In this document: in pieces, positions 35,851 to 43,886 of the stretch
Layout: each line of letters opens with the position of its first letter
How positions within the stretch are numbered: the first letter of the stretch is position 1
NCBI GenBank assembly: GCA_024635455.1
Contig: JAGXIU010000003.1
Coordinates: 3,966 to 67,965, forward strand
Length of the DNA: 64,000 nt
Reading direction: 5' to 3'
Origin: Candidatus Saccharimonadota bacterium
Lineage (GTDB): Bacteria > Patescibacteriota > Saccharimonadia > Saccharimonadales > SLHW01
Program-made: the position numbers and the translations under genes
Notes under the pieces: model-generated
Databases searched by the model: none
What the model saw: only the letters and a program-made list of their open reading frames with translations
What the model was told of the DNA's origin: nothing

Positions 35851-38142
35851 TTATTTTTTCTTTTTATAGCGTTTTTTACGTGTTGGCGCTTTATCGATCA
35901 TTTCTTGTGCTTGCTTCTCGGTGATGTCCTTTGGTTCAACATTTTTCGGGATACGCACGTTTTTTTTGCCATTGGTAACGTATGGTCCATACGGGCCTTT
36001 TATAATTTCGATGCCATTTGCGAACGCTTGAATCTTCCTATCCTTGATTTGCTGTAGTTTCTCTGCGTATAGCTTTCGAGACTCTTCAATAGTGATCTTC
36101 ATTGGGTCACGCGGCTTTATTGCTACATATGTCTTATCAACCTGTATATAGGGACCAAATCGGCCAATGTTTGCTTTAATGTCTTGACCGTCCTCAGTCT
36201 GTCCGACAATACGAGGTAGCTTGAACATCTCCATAGCTTCATCAAATGTGACAGTTTCGATATCTTTTCCTTCTGGCATCGGCGCAAAATCAGGTTTTTC
36301 ATCGTCCTCAGTCTCACCACGCTGGAGCATTGGACCGTATCTGCCAAATCGCGCATAGATAGTTTTGCCGTTCGCAGGATCAACACCAATTTTTTTTGCC
36401 TGCATACTATCTTTTTTACTGACAGATTCAGACTTTTCGACGAGGGGTGCAAATGTTTCGTAGAATTCATCAAGCATTTTGACCCAATCGAGCTTTCCTG
36501 CGGCGACCTCATCGAAACGTGCCTCTGCATTCGCGGTAAACTCATAATCGACAATGTATGAAAAGTGCTTCATAAGAAAATCAGTTGTCACTAGGGCTAC
36601 TGATGTTGGTAATAGTTTGCTTTTATCGGAGCCGTATTCACGTGACTCCTCAGATTCTTTTATGGAATCATCTACAAGCTCTATTAATTGGTGTTTTCGT
36701 GAAATTCCTTCTATATCAGCCTTCTCTACGTAACCTCGAGCCTGAATGGTTGAGATTGTCGGCGCGTAGGTGCTTGGGCGTCCGATACCGAGATCTTCCA
36801 GCTTCTTAACGAGACTTGCTTCTGAGTAGCGGGCAGGTGGTTTAGAGAAGGCCTCTTCAGCTGAAACTGTTTGTCGATCGAGTGCATCACCTACGCTGAC
36901 GTCTGGCAAATTAACATCTTCTCTGATACCGCCATACACCTTCAGGAAACCGTCAAAGCGTAACACCTCACCCTTTGCAACAAACACGATGTCATCGTGT
37001 TGGTCTGGCTTGATTGATACATTTGTTTTGTCGGTGCGGGCTGGCGACATTTGGCTCGCGACAGTACGTTTCCAGATAAGGCTATAGAGTTTTTGTTGTT
37101 GCTCGTCTTTGCCAGCACTGGTTGTCTTTACGTCAGTTGGGCGTATAGCTTCGTGCGCTTCTTGGGCCGATGATTGCTTAGTCTTGTATTGTCGTAAGGT
37201 GTAGTATTCTTTGCCAAACTGACTTGTTATATAAGCGCTGGTAGCATCAATTGCGGTTTTAGATAATGTAGTACTATCGGTACGCATATAGGTGATCAAA
37301 CCACTTTCATACAGTCGCTGAGCGACGGTCATAGTTTGCCGAACGCTAAAGCCGAGTTTGCGGGCAGCTTCTTGTTGCAGGCTACTGGTTGTGAACGGTG
37401 CCGCTGGGTTGCGGTTACTTGGTTTTTGTTCGACTGAGGTAACATGAAAGTCTGCTGAGGTCAGCTTTTTGAGTAGATCGAGTACCTCTGCCTTGGAATC
37501 AAGCTTGGTCTTTAGCTCAGCGCGTAGTTGTTCAGCTGGTTGCTTAACGGTATTAAACTCAGCACTAACCTTAAAAGAAGAGGCGGGTGTGTAGGCTTGT
37601 ATCTCGCGCTCTCGCTCAACAATGAGCCGAACAGCTACAGACTGGACACGTCCAGCTGATAATCCCGGTCGAATCTTCTTCCATAGAACTGGTGATAATT
37701 GGTAGCCGACAATACGATCGAGAATGCGGCGGGCTTGCTGTGCCTCTACTAATTCCTCGTTAATAACGCGTGGTTTCTTGATTGCATTCTTTATGGCTGG
37801 TTCGGTAATCTCATGAAATACGATACGATTCGTTGTCTTTGGGTCTATTTTAAGCGCTTGGCAGAGATGCCAGGCAATCGCCTCCCCTTCTCGGTCTTCA
37901 TCACTTGCGAGCCAGACTGTTTTATCTTTGGCAGCTTTTCTCAAATCAGTAACGACCTTCTTCTTATCGCTCGTAGTCTCATACTGGGGCTTGAAGCCGT
38001 TTTCTATATCTATACTCAACTTTTTTCGCGGTAAGTCACGAATGTGACCATAGCTACTCTTGACCTCATAATCTTTACCGAGGTATTTTTTTATGGTTTC
38101 TGCTTTAGCAGGACTCTCAACTATAACGAGATTCTTTGACAT
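35851..38142 (-). CDS. topA: DNA topoisomerase I
   Basis: TOPRIM MSKNLVIVESPAKA...DEDREGEAIAWH, catalytic Tyr block GLITYMRTDS, C-terminal repeated domains and a Lys-rich tail. Confidence 0.95.
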   Translation of the reverse strand: MSKNLVIVESPAKAETIKKYLGKDYEVKSSYGHIRDLPRKKLSIDIENGFKPQYETTSDKKKVVTDLRKAAKDKTVWLASDEDREGEAIAWHLCQALKIDPKTTNRIVFHEITEPAIKNAIKKPRVINEELVEAQQARRILDRIVGYQLSPVLWKKIRPGLSAGRVQSVAVRLIVEREREIQAYTPASSFKVSAEFNTVKQPAEQLRAELKTKLDSKAEVLDLLKKLTSADFHVTSVEQKPSNRNPAAPFTTSSLQQEAARKLGFSVRQTMTVAQRLYESGLITYMRTDSTTLSKTAIDATSAYITSQFGKEYYTLRQYKTKQSSAQEAHEAIRPTDVKTTSAGKDEQQQKLYSLIWKRTVASQMSPARTDKTNVSIKPDQHDDIVFVAKGEVLRFDGFLKVYGGIREDVNLPDVSVGDALDRQTVSAEEAFSKPPARYSEASLVKKLEDLGIGRPSTYAPTISTIQARGYVEKADIEGISRKHQLIELVDDSIKESEESREYGSDKSKLLPTSVALVTTDFLMKHFSYIVDYEFTANAEARFDEVAAGKLDWVKMLDEFYETFAPLVEKSESVSKKDSMQAKKIGVDPANGKTIYARFGRYGPMLQRGETEDDEKPDFAPMPEGKDIETVTFDEAMEMFKLPRIVGQTEDGQDIKANIGRFGPYIQVDKTYVAIKPRDPMKITIEESRKLYAEKLQQIKDRKIQAFANGIEIIKGPYGPYVTNGKKNVRIPKNVEPKDITEKQAQEMIDKAPTRKKRYKKKK

Positions 38143-38191
38143 ATTGCTCTAGTGTACAGACAATGTCTATATATCTGCAACTGCTTATTAT

Positions 38192-39055
38192 TTATCGAAG
38201 TGCCCAATGATCAGCCCCAAGTGGCTTAATCTTGTCAGAAATCTCGAGCATGGTCATGGTTTGCGCGTATTCCTTGGTAGGTAGTTTGCTTTGTTCAAGC
38301 AGCGTCTTGCCGTCACTCACTCCTTCTTGTAGGAGGCTGATGATACGAGACTCTGCCTCTGTTTCGCCTAGAATGATTTGTTGCTGTTGAGCCTGTTCAC
38401 TGATGTTGCATTCATCGAGTATATCCTGAGCGCTCCGGGCTGCTCGTGCTCCTTGGGCTATAAGGTTATTTGTACCCTGACTCATTTGATTGGTGATATT
38501 TCCTGGCACTGCAAGTAGTGGCTTGCCTTGATCAAGGGCAAACCGAGCAGTATGTAGCGTGCCACTTTTCTTGGCAGCCTCAGTTATTAATACAGCGTCA
38601 CTTAAGCCTGATACGATACGGTTACGTTCAACAAAGTTCTGGCGTAGGGGTGGAGTACCTGGTTCATATTCGCTAACAAGTGCCCCACCGGCTGCAATAA
38701 TATCCTTTGCTATATTTCGATGGGCTGCCGGGTAGATTTTATCGAGACCACATGGCAGGACTGCTATCGTGGGCATTCCTTCGGCCAGTGCGGTTTTGTG
38801 AGCAGTGATATCGACCCCGAAGGCCAGGCCACTTACAACGGAGATGTCATATGCCGCTAGATCTGAAATAAATTTTTGTGTCACTTCCCTGCCGTAAGGC
38901 GTGATTTTGCGTGAACCAACCACTGCTACCATTGTTTTTGCTGACAACGCTTCAGGAGATCCTCGGACGTACAGTTGCTTCGGAGGTTGTGGAATATGAC
39001 GCAGCACCCCTGGAAAATCGTTTGATTGTAGCGTAAGCTTATTGACTTTATGCAT
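38192..39055 (-). CDS. dprA: DNA processing protein DprA (Smf)
   Basis: VVGSRKITPYG, SGLAFGVDITAHKTAL, GTLHTARFALDQGKPLLAVPG. Confidence 0.9.
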   Translation of the reverse strand: MHKVNKLTLQSNDFPGVLRHIPQPPKQLYVRGSPEALSAKTMVAVVGSRKITPYGREVTQKFISDLAAYDISVVSGLAFGVDITAHKTALAEGMPTIAVLPCGLDKIYPAAHRNIAKDIIAAGGALVSEYEPGTPPLRQNFVERNRIVSGLSDAVLITEAAKKSGTLHTARFALDQGKPLLAVPGNITNQMSQGTNNLIAQGARAARSAQDILDECNISEQAQQQQIILGETEAESRIISLLQEGVSDGKTLLEQSKLPTKEYAQTMTMLEISDKIKPLGADHWALR

Positions 39056-39072
39056 AGATTAGGTTTTTAGTA

Positions 39073-39101
39073 TTGACATATAACGTTTTATTTGCTAAAG
39101 T
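39073..39101 (+). promoter_or_regulatory. Sigma-70-type promoter candidate driving a non-coding transcript
   Basis: TTGACA (39073-39078), 17-nt spacer, TAAAGT (39096-39101). There is no plus-strand ORF downstream. Confidence 0.4.
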
Positions 39102-39107
39102 ATGTTC

Positions 39108-39563
39108 TTGTAAACGCCGTAAAGGTGATTTACGCACCTTATATCCCCCATTCTAGCAATTATGTTGCTAGAAAACATTGTTAGATTGTTTTAGAGCACG
39201 CCTGCAAACGTCATAATACGTCTTACCCTCCACGTGTATGAATATGCATGCATTCTGTCGAGCGTTTTTGCTCAATACAATACATGCTCTAAAACAAACT
39301 AACCCCTTTAACGCCCCAGCTCTTTTTATAAGGAGTCGGGTGCCAGGAGTCTTTGAGAGACGACCGGCCCAAACAAAATGGTGAATATACAGTATTCCGT
39401 CGTTTACGTGCGGAGGCGCGGGCGATGAGTAAATCTATCGCAATCCGACGCTTCACCGGGGTGGGTTGAAGGGAATGTGCGAGGCATTGGCGTTTTAATA
39501 ACGTTCAATGCCTCATGAAACGAGCTTCTAGCGGTGCCCACCCCCTCTAGAAGCTCGTTTTTT
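39108..39563 (+). ncRNA. Candidate ~455-nt structured ncRNA of unknown class
   Basis: Bounded by the promoter candidate and a strong terminator. No ORF of 60 aa or more on either strand. Hairpins at 39122-39140, 39153-39171 and 39481-39514. 11-bp long-range pairing between 39188-39198 and 39285-39295. Confidence 0.35.
39519..39563 (+). terminator. Rho-independent terminator (strong on the plus strand, may also serve pth on the minus strand)
   Basis: 13-bp stem AACGAGCTTCTAG/CTAGAAGCTCGTT followed by TTTTTTGTTT. Lies directly beside the pth stop codon. Confidence 0.7.
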
Positions 39564-39565
39564 GT

Positions 39566-40204
39566 TTAGAGAATATTACGCGTTTCTTTTGGTAGCGGCG
39601 ATCCGCTGAAGATGTACTCAGTTAGGATTGCTGTGGTCTCTTTTATTATACTGGGTAATACTTCTTGCTCGTCTTTACTGAATCGGCTAAGTACAAAACG
39701 CGAAGTGTCTTCTACTAGCTCTTCCCTGCCGATGCCAACCCGAACCCTGCCAAATTCTGAACCGATAGCATCAATAATAGACGTAACGCCGTTGTGTCCG
39801 GCCGACGATCCACCGACTTGTGTTCGTATTTGCCCAAGTTGTACATCCTTATCGTCGTATATAACGATAATGTTGCTGGGTGATATTTTATAAAATTGAG
39901 CTACCGAGGCTGTGGCATCGCCGCTCTTGTTCATATAAGTCGTTGGCTTGATTAGAATAATCTGGTTATTTGCGAGCTGCTGGTTAGCTATATCAGAACG
40001 CTGGTCACTCTTATGGCTCCATTTTGGAAAGTCGTGCTCAATTGCAAATGCGTCAACGCAGCTAAAACCAATATTGTGCCGCGTCCCGTCGTATTTTTTT
40101 TCTGGGTTGCCAAGCCCAATTACTAGAAATCGGTTATCGCCGATACCAGTTGTATAAAGCGGGAGGCTGCTACTTAGTTGGGGTTTCTTTTGCAGTAAGG
40201 CCAT
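39566..40204 (-). CDS. pth: Peptidyl-tRNA hydrolase
   Basis: VIGLGNPEKKYDGTRHNIGF and the GHNG motif (SAGHNGVTSI). Confidence 0.9.
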   Translation of the reverse strand: MALLQKKPQLSSSLPLYTTGIGDNRFLVIGLGNPEKKYDGTRHNIGFSCVDAFAIEHDFPKWSHKSDQRSDIANQQLANNQIILIKPTTYMNKSGDATASVAQFYKISPSNIIVIYDDKDVQLGQIRTQVGGSSAGHNGVTSIIDAIGSEFGRVRVGIGREELVEDTSRFVLSRFSKDEQEVLPSIIKETTAILTEYIFSGSPLPKETRNIL

Positions 40205-40231
40205 CTAGATACAGCATACTACAGGTTGTGA

Positions 40232-41557
40232 TTATTTTTCTCGATTGGTTTTTCCATCGAAGAACCAAAAACGTATCGCGACACCTTCATAGCCGAAGCG
40301 TTCTCGAAACTCTCGTTCCATAAATCGCTTATAACTCCAGTGAAGAAGCCGAGTTTGCTTGCCAAAGACTTTAAAATTGGTCGGATTATCATCTTCTTGA
40401 ATCATATACTGTAGCCGAGGCTGTGAATTTTTCAGTCCTGCTGGTGGGTGTTTTTCACAGACTTCCCGTAGCCAACGGTTGAGCTCAGGTGTCTTAATGC
40501 GCTGTTGTTGGTTGTTGTAAAGTTCAGTAATCAGACTGAATAATTTCGTAACGTTTTGGCCGTCAACACTACTGGTAAATATCAAAGGTGCCCATGGCAC
40601 AAAGTCAAACTCTCGTTGCAAACGCGCTGCAATTTGATCGCGCGTGTAGGCATCTTTTTCTAGACTGTCCCACTTGCTTATAACTAATACTAGTCCCCGA
40701 TTTGCCTCTTTAACCATGCCAGCTATCTTTTGATCAAGCGCCACAGCTGGCTCATTTGCATCGATGACCAACAGACAGATATCAGCTGATTCGATTGCGG
40801 CGATGCTTCTGAGTACGCTGAATTTTTCGACGCCTTTTTCAATCTTACCTGGCTTTCTGATGCCGGCAGTATCAGCTAGTTCTATGGAGCGGTTTTCATA
40901 ACGAACACTCGTTTTATTAACATCTCTTGTTGTGCCTGCTACGTCAGCGACCAATGCTTGTTGTTTTTTTGCGAGCGCATTAAACAAGCTTGATTTGCCA
41001 ACGTTCGGTCGACCAATCAGTGAAGCTCGAATGACATCGTGTTCTGTATTGTCTTGTTTTTTCGGTATCTCCTCTATAAGTACATCGAGTAGATCGGCAA
41101 TACCTGATCGTTGTGTTGTGCTCGTCATGACAATTGGCGTGATGCCAAGTGAGCGATAATCTTCAGGAGTTGCCCGCGGTGTTTTGTCGGCTTTGTTGAC
41201 AACCAACATAACCTGCTTCTTACTTTTCAGTGCGGTCTTGGCTACGCGCCGGTCCTCGCTAGTAATAGGCGTATCGGCCTCAATCACTACCCAAATAATA
41301 TCAGCGCTAATCGAAGCTTCCTTGATCTGGTCCTGAATCGTAAGCTCGAATTCATCTTCAGCTGGTTTCATGCCAGCGGTATCGATTAACCAGAAGTGAT
41401 GATTCTGGTATTGGGCTCGTTCCCATATGGCATCACGAGTGGTTCCAGCCTCACGGGCTACGATGGTTTCTCTCTTGCCGATTACAACATTAAACAAGCT
41501 TGATTTGCCTACATTGGCACGTCCAACAATAGCTACGATAGGTAGTCGATTCTTCAT
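40232..41557 (-). CDS. der: Ribosome-biogenesis GTPase Der (EngA)
   Basis: Two G domains (GRANVGKSSLFN, DTAG; GRPNVGKSSLFN, DTAG) and a KH-like C-terminus. Confidence 0.95.
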   Translation of the reverse strand: MKNRLPIVAIVGRANVGKSSLFNVVIGKRETIVAREAGTTRDAIWERAQYQNHHFWLIDTAGMKPAEDEFELTIQDQIKEASISADIIWVVIEADTPITSEDRRVAKTALKSKKQVMLVVNKADKTPRATPEDYRSLGITPIVMTSTTQRSGIADLLDVLIEEIPKKQDNTEHDVIRASLIGRPNVGKSSLFNALAKKQQALVADVAGTTRDVNKTSVRYENRSIELADTAGIRKPGKIEKGVEKFSVLRSIAAIESADICLLVIDANEPAVALDQKIAGMVKEANRGLVLVISKWDSLEKDAYTRDQIAARLQREFDFVPWAPLIFTSSVDGQNVTKLFSLITELYNNQQQRIKTPELNRWLREVCEKHPPAGLKNSQPRLQYMIQEDDNPTNFKVFGKQTRLLHWSYKRFMEREFRERFGYEGVAIRFWFFDGKTNREK

Positions 41558-41592
41558 ATTCTATCTATTATCCCAAAAAAATTGCTCAGGTG

Positions 41593-42279
41593 CTAATATT
41601 CCGCCTTATTTAATCCATTTATGAGCTCATATGAGCCTACAGGAAGCTTGTTTAGCTTATAATCGCCGAATGATATGCGGTGTAGCTTCTGGACCTTGTA
41701 ACCGAGCGCTGCAAAGGTTTTTCTGATTTGCCGGTTTCTGCCCTCTTCTAGTGTTGCCTGCCATTGTCTTCCTGCTTTATCAAGTGGCCGCAGCTGAAAG
41801 CTGCTCGGTCTATTATCGCCAATATTAACACCCGTTGTTGCTATCGTTTTGTTGTCCGAGCTCTCTAGCGGCTTATTTATGGCTACCTTATAGACTTTTT
41901 GTTTTTTGTAGCGTGGATGGGTTAGCTGGTTTGAAAAGTGGCCATCATTGGTTAATAAAAGTAACCCCGAACTATCTTTATCGAGTCGACCAACTGGCTT
42001 TAGATCACTGAATTCTTTTGGGATGAGGTCATAAATAGTACTACTGCCCTGTCCATTCCGTGAACATACGTATCCAATTGGCTTATGGAGCATAATCGTT
42101 TGTGATTTTGCTGGGGGTTTTATAGCTTTGCCTTCGAGCTGTACAACGTCGCCAGGCTCTATGCTCTGCCCGATTTGAGGGAGAGCTCCGTTTACCTTGA
42201 CTGCGCCATTCTGAATGCGCTTATCGACAGTTCTACGTCCGAGACCAGTCGCTTTAGCTATGTATGAATTAATACGCAC
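41593..42279 (-). CDS. Pseudouridine synthase, RsuA/RluB family
   Basis: N-terminal S4 domain (RINSYIAKATGLGRRTVDKRI). Catalytic motif GRLDKDSSGLLLLTNDG. Confidence 0.85.
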   Translation of the reverse strand: MRINSYIAKATGLGRRTVDKRIQNGAVKVNGALPQIGQSIEPGDVVQLEGKAIKPPAKSQTIMLHKPIGYVCSRNGQGSSTIYDLIPKEFSDLKPVGRLDKDSSGLLLLTNDGHFSNQLTHPRYKKQKVYKVAINKPLESSDNKTIATTGVNIGDNRPSSFQLRPLDKAGRQWQATLEEGRNRQIRKTFAALGYKVQKLHRISFGDYKLNKLPVGSYELINGLNKAEY

Positions 42280-42320
42280 AATACGTACTAGGATAACAGG
42301 TTATGTGCAGCAAGTTGATC

Positions 42321-43787
42321 TTAAAGGGCTATATTGTTCGGGTCATCGTTGCCTGGAGCCGGTGTGTTCTGGTTTTGGCCACCAGGTTGAATTACGTTTC
42401 CAGGGCTTGTGTTATTTGGATCTTGGTTGGGGCTCGGCGGTGTCGTGGTTTGGCCATTCGGTGATACTACTGATGAGGCTGGGAGAGGTGATTGTTGGTT
42501 ATTCTTCTCGTCTTCTTGGTTGGCAAGGTCGTTAATGTTGGCTTTGTTATCTGGTGAGCTTGGTAGTGGTTGGATCACTCTCTGACCACCAGCTGCACTT
42601 GGTGCAGTATTGTTCGGGTCTTCCTGTTTAGGCGGAGCTGGCTGCGGTTGCGGTTGTTGTTGTGGTTCGGGCACAGGAGCTGGTTGTGCAGGTGGTGGTG
42701 TGCTCTGGTTAGTAGTGTTGTCTTCTGGCGCTTGTTTTACATTGAGTGTTGGTGTGGTGCTTGCTGCATTGGCAAGAGTTACACCGCTACCTTGATCGAG
42801 CTCTGCCTCGGGCTGTTGCTGTGGTTCAGCTTTCTTCTCTGGTTCTGGCTGAGGGGGCTCGTTACTCTGTAGTTGGTTTTTGACAAAATCATCTATTTTA
42901 GCGTCGACGGCTTGTTCTTCTTCAGCTGTTGTTTGGGCATTATCAGTCGATGGGCTAGCAACAGGATTTGTTGGCTGGGTTGTACTCTGCGGTGCGGGAG
43001 TCGGCTGCTGAGCTTGAGAGCTCGTGTTGTCAGCTTGTTGTGTGGCGTCATCATCCTGAGCAGGTTGTGTTGACGGTGGACTTTGGTTCGTTGCCGTATC
43101 TGCTGCTGGAGCTTGAGTCTGAGCGCTTTGATCACCCTGAACTGGCGTACTGTCGGTATTTACTTCTGGCATAACTGCTGTTGGCGCTGGAGGTGGAGCT
43201 TGATTTTGTGCTGGCTCGTTTGGCTGCACTGGGGTTTCTGGTGGACTTTGGTTCGTTGCCGTATCTGCTGCTGGAGCTTGAGTCTGAGCGCTTTGATCAC
43301 TCTGTTCTGGTTCAACTGTATTTGCGGGTGCTGGTGTTGGCTCTTCCGCGGCTTGTCGATCTGCTGTTTCCTGAGCGGGCTGGCTCGCTTGATTTTCCTC
43401 AGTATCGCTTGCCTCAGACGTGCCGTTTAAGAGTTCATCAGCGACGCGCGCAACGTCTTCTAGGGTAACCTGTGATTTGACTAGGTATTTGTTAGCGCCA
43501 AGTTTATCTGCTCGTTCTTTGTCCTCAGCTTGTGAAAGTGCGGTCATCATGACGACTTTCGTGTTTTCGATTCCCGGTGTACTCCGGAGAATATCAAGCA
43601 TGTCAAAGCCACTGATTTTCGGCATCATCACATCGGATATAATAAGATCTGGTTTTTCTTTGGTTGCCAGCGCGAGTGCTTCTTCGCCGTCTTTGGCTGA
43701 AATAATTTGATAGCCCTCGGCGAGCAAACGAGCTTCATAGATTTCTCGTAGGTTGTTGTCGTCTTCGACGAGCATTATTTTTGACAT
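42321..43787 (-). CDS. Response-regulator receiver domain fused to ~360-aa Pro/Gln/Thr/Asn-rich low-complexity tail
   Basis: IMLVEDD, PDLIISDVMMPKISG, VMMTA, YLVKS. The tail contains a duplicated GDQSAQTQAPAADTATNQSPP block. Confidence 0.8.
   Translation of the reverse strand: MSKIMLVEDDNNLREIYEARLLAEGYQIISAKDGEEALALATKEKPDLIISDVMMPKISGFDMLDILRSTPGIENTKVVMMTALSQAEDKERADKLGANKYLVKSQVTLEDVARVADELLNGTSEASDTEENQASQPAQETADRQAAEEPTPAPANTVEPEQSDQSAQTQAPAADTATNQSPPETPVQPNEPAQNQAPPPAPTAVMPEVNTDSTPVQGDQSAQTQAPAADTATNQSPPSTQPAQDDDATQQADNTSSQAQQPTPAPQSTTQPTNPVASPSTDNAQTTAEEEQAVDAKIDDFVKNQLQSNEPPQPEPEKKAEPQQQPEAELDQGSGVTLANAASTTPTLNVKQAPEDNTTNQSTPPPAQPAPVPEPQQQPQPQPAPPKQEDPNNTAPSAAGGQRVIQPLPSSPDNKANINDLANQEDEKNNQQSPLPASSVVSPNGQTTTPPSPNQDPNNTSPGNVIQPGGQNQNTPAPGNDDPNNIAL
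43075..43300 (-). repeat. 61-bp perfect direct repeat (43075-43135 and 43240-43300, period 165 bp) inside the receiver-tail coding region
   Basis: Identical 61-mers read directly from the sequence. They correspond to an in-frame 55-aa duplication unit. Confidence 0.9.
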
Positions 43788-43886
43788 GTTGCTGGTTGCT
43801 CCTTCGTAAATACTAGCATAATGCTTATGTTAGTTGTATTGTACCATGATTTATTCCGTATACGCGACCATTTAAGAGCTTGGGGA

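Noticed and set aside
39188-39295. GTTTTAGAGCA ... TGCTCTAAAAC, which is reminiscent of the type II CRISPR repeat / tracrRNA anti-repeat sequence.
   Set aside because: There is only one inverted pair, with no array of direct repeats and spacers and no cas genes in the window. It is interpreted as an internal helix of the candidate ncRNA.
39108-39563. Tested the dprA-pth non-coding unit by eye as tmRNA, RNase P RNA, SRP RNA or a riboswitch.
   Set aside because: It has no GGGG...UCCACCA tRNA-like ends or T-arm, no ...AA-stop tag frame, no GGAAAGUCC / ACAGAA P4 pair (only AAGGAGUCGGGUGCCAGG), no SRP GGAA/AGCA domain IV motif, and no downstream plus-strand gene to regulate.
42570-43468. Cluster of plus-strand ORFs (Cys/Trp/Leu-rich) opposite the receiver-tail gene.
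   Set aside because: They are mirror images of the low-complexity Pro/Gln/Thr coding repeats on the minus strand. The minus-strand frame continues from a bona fide receiver domain.
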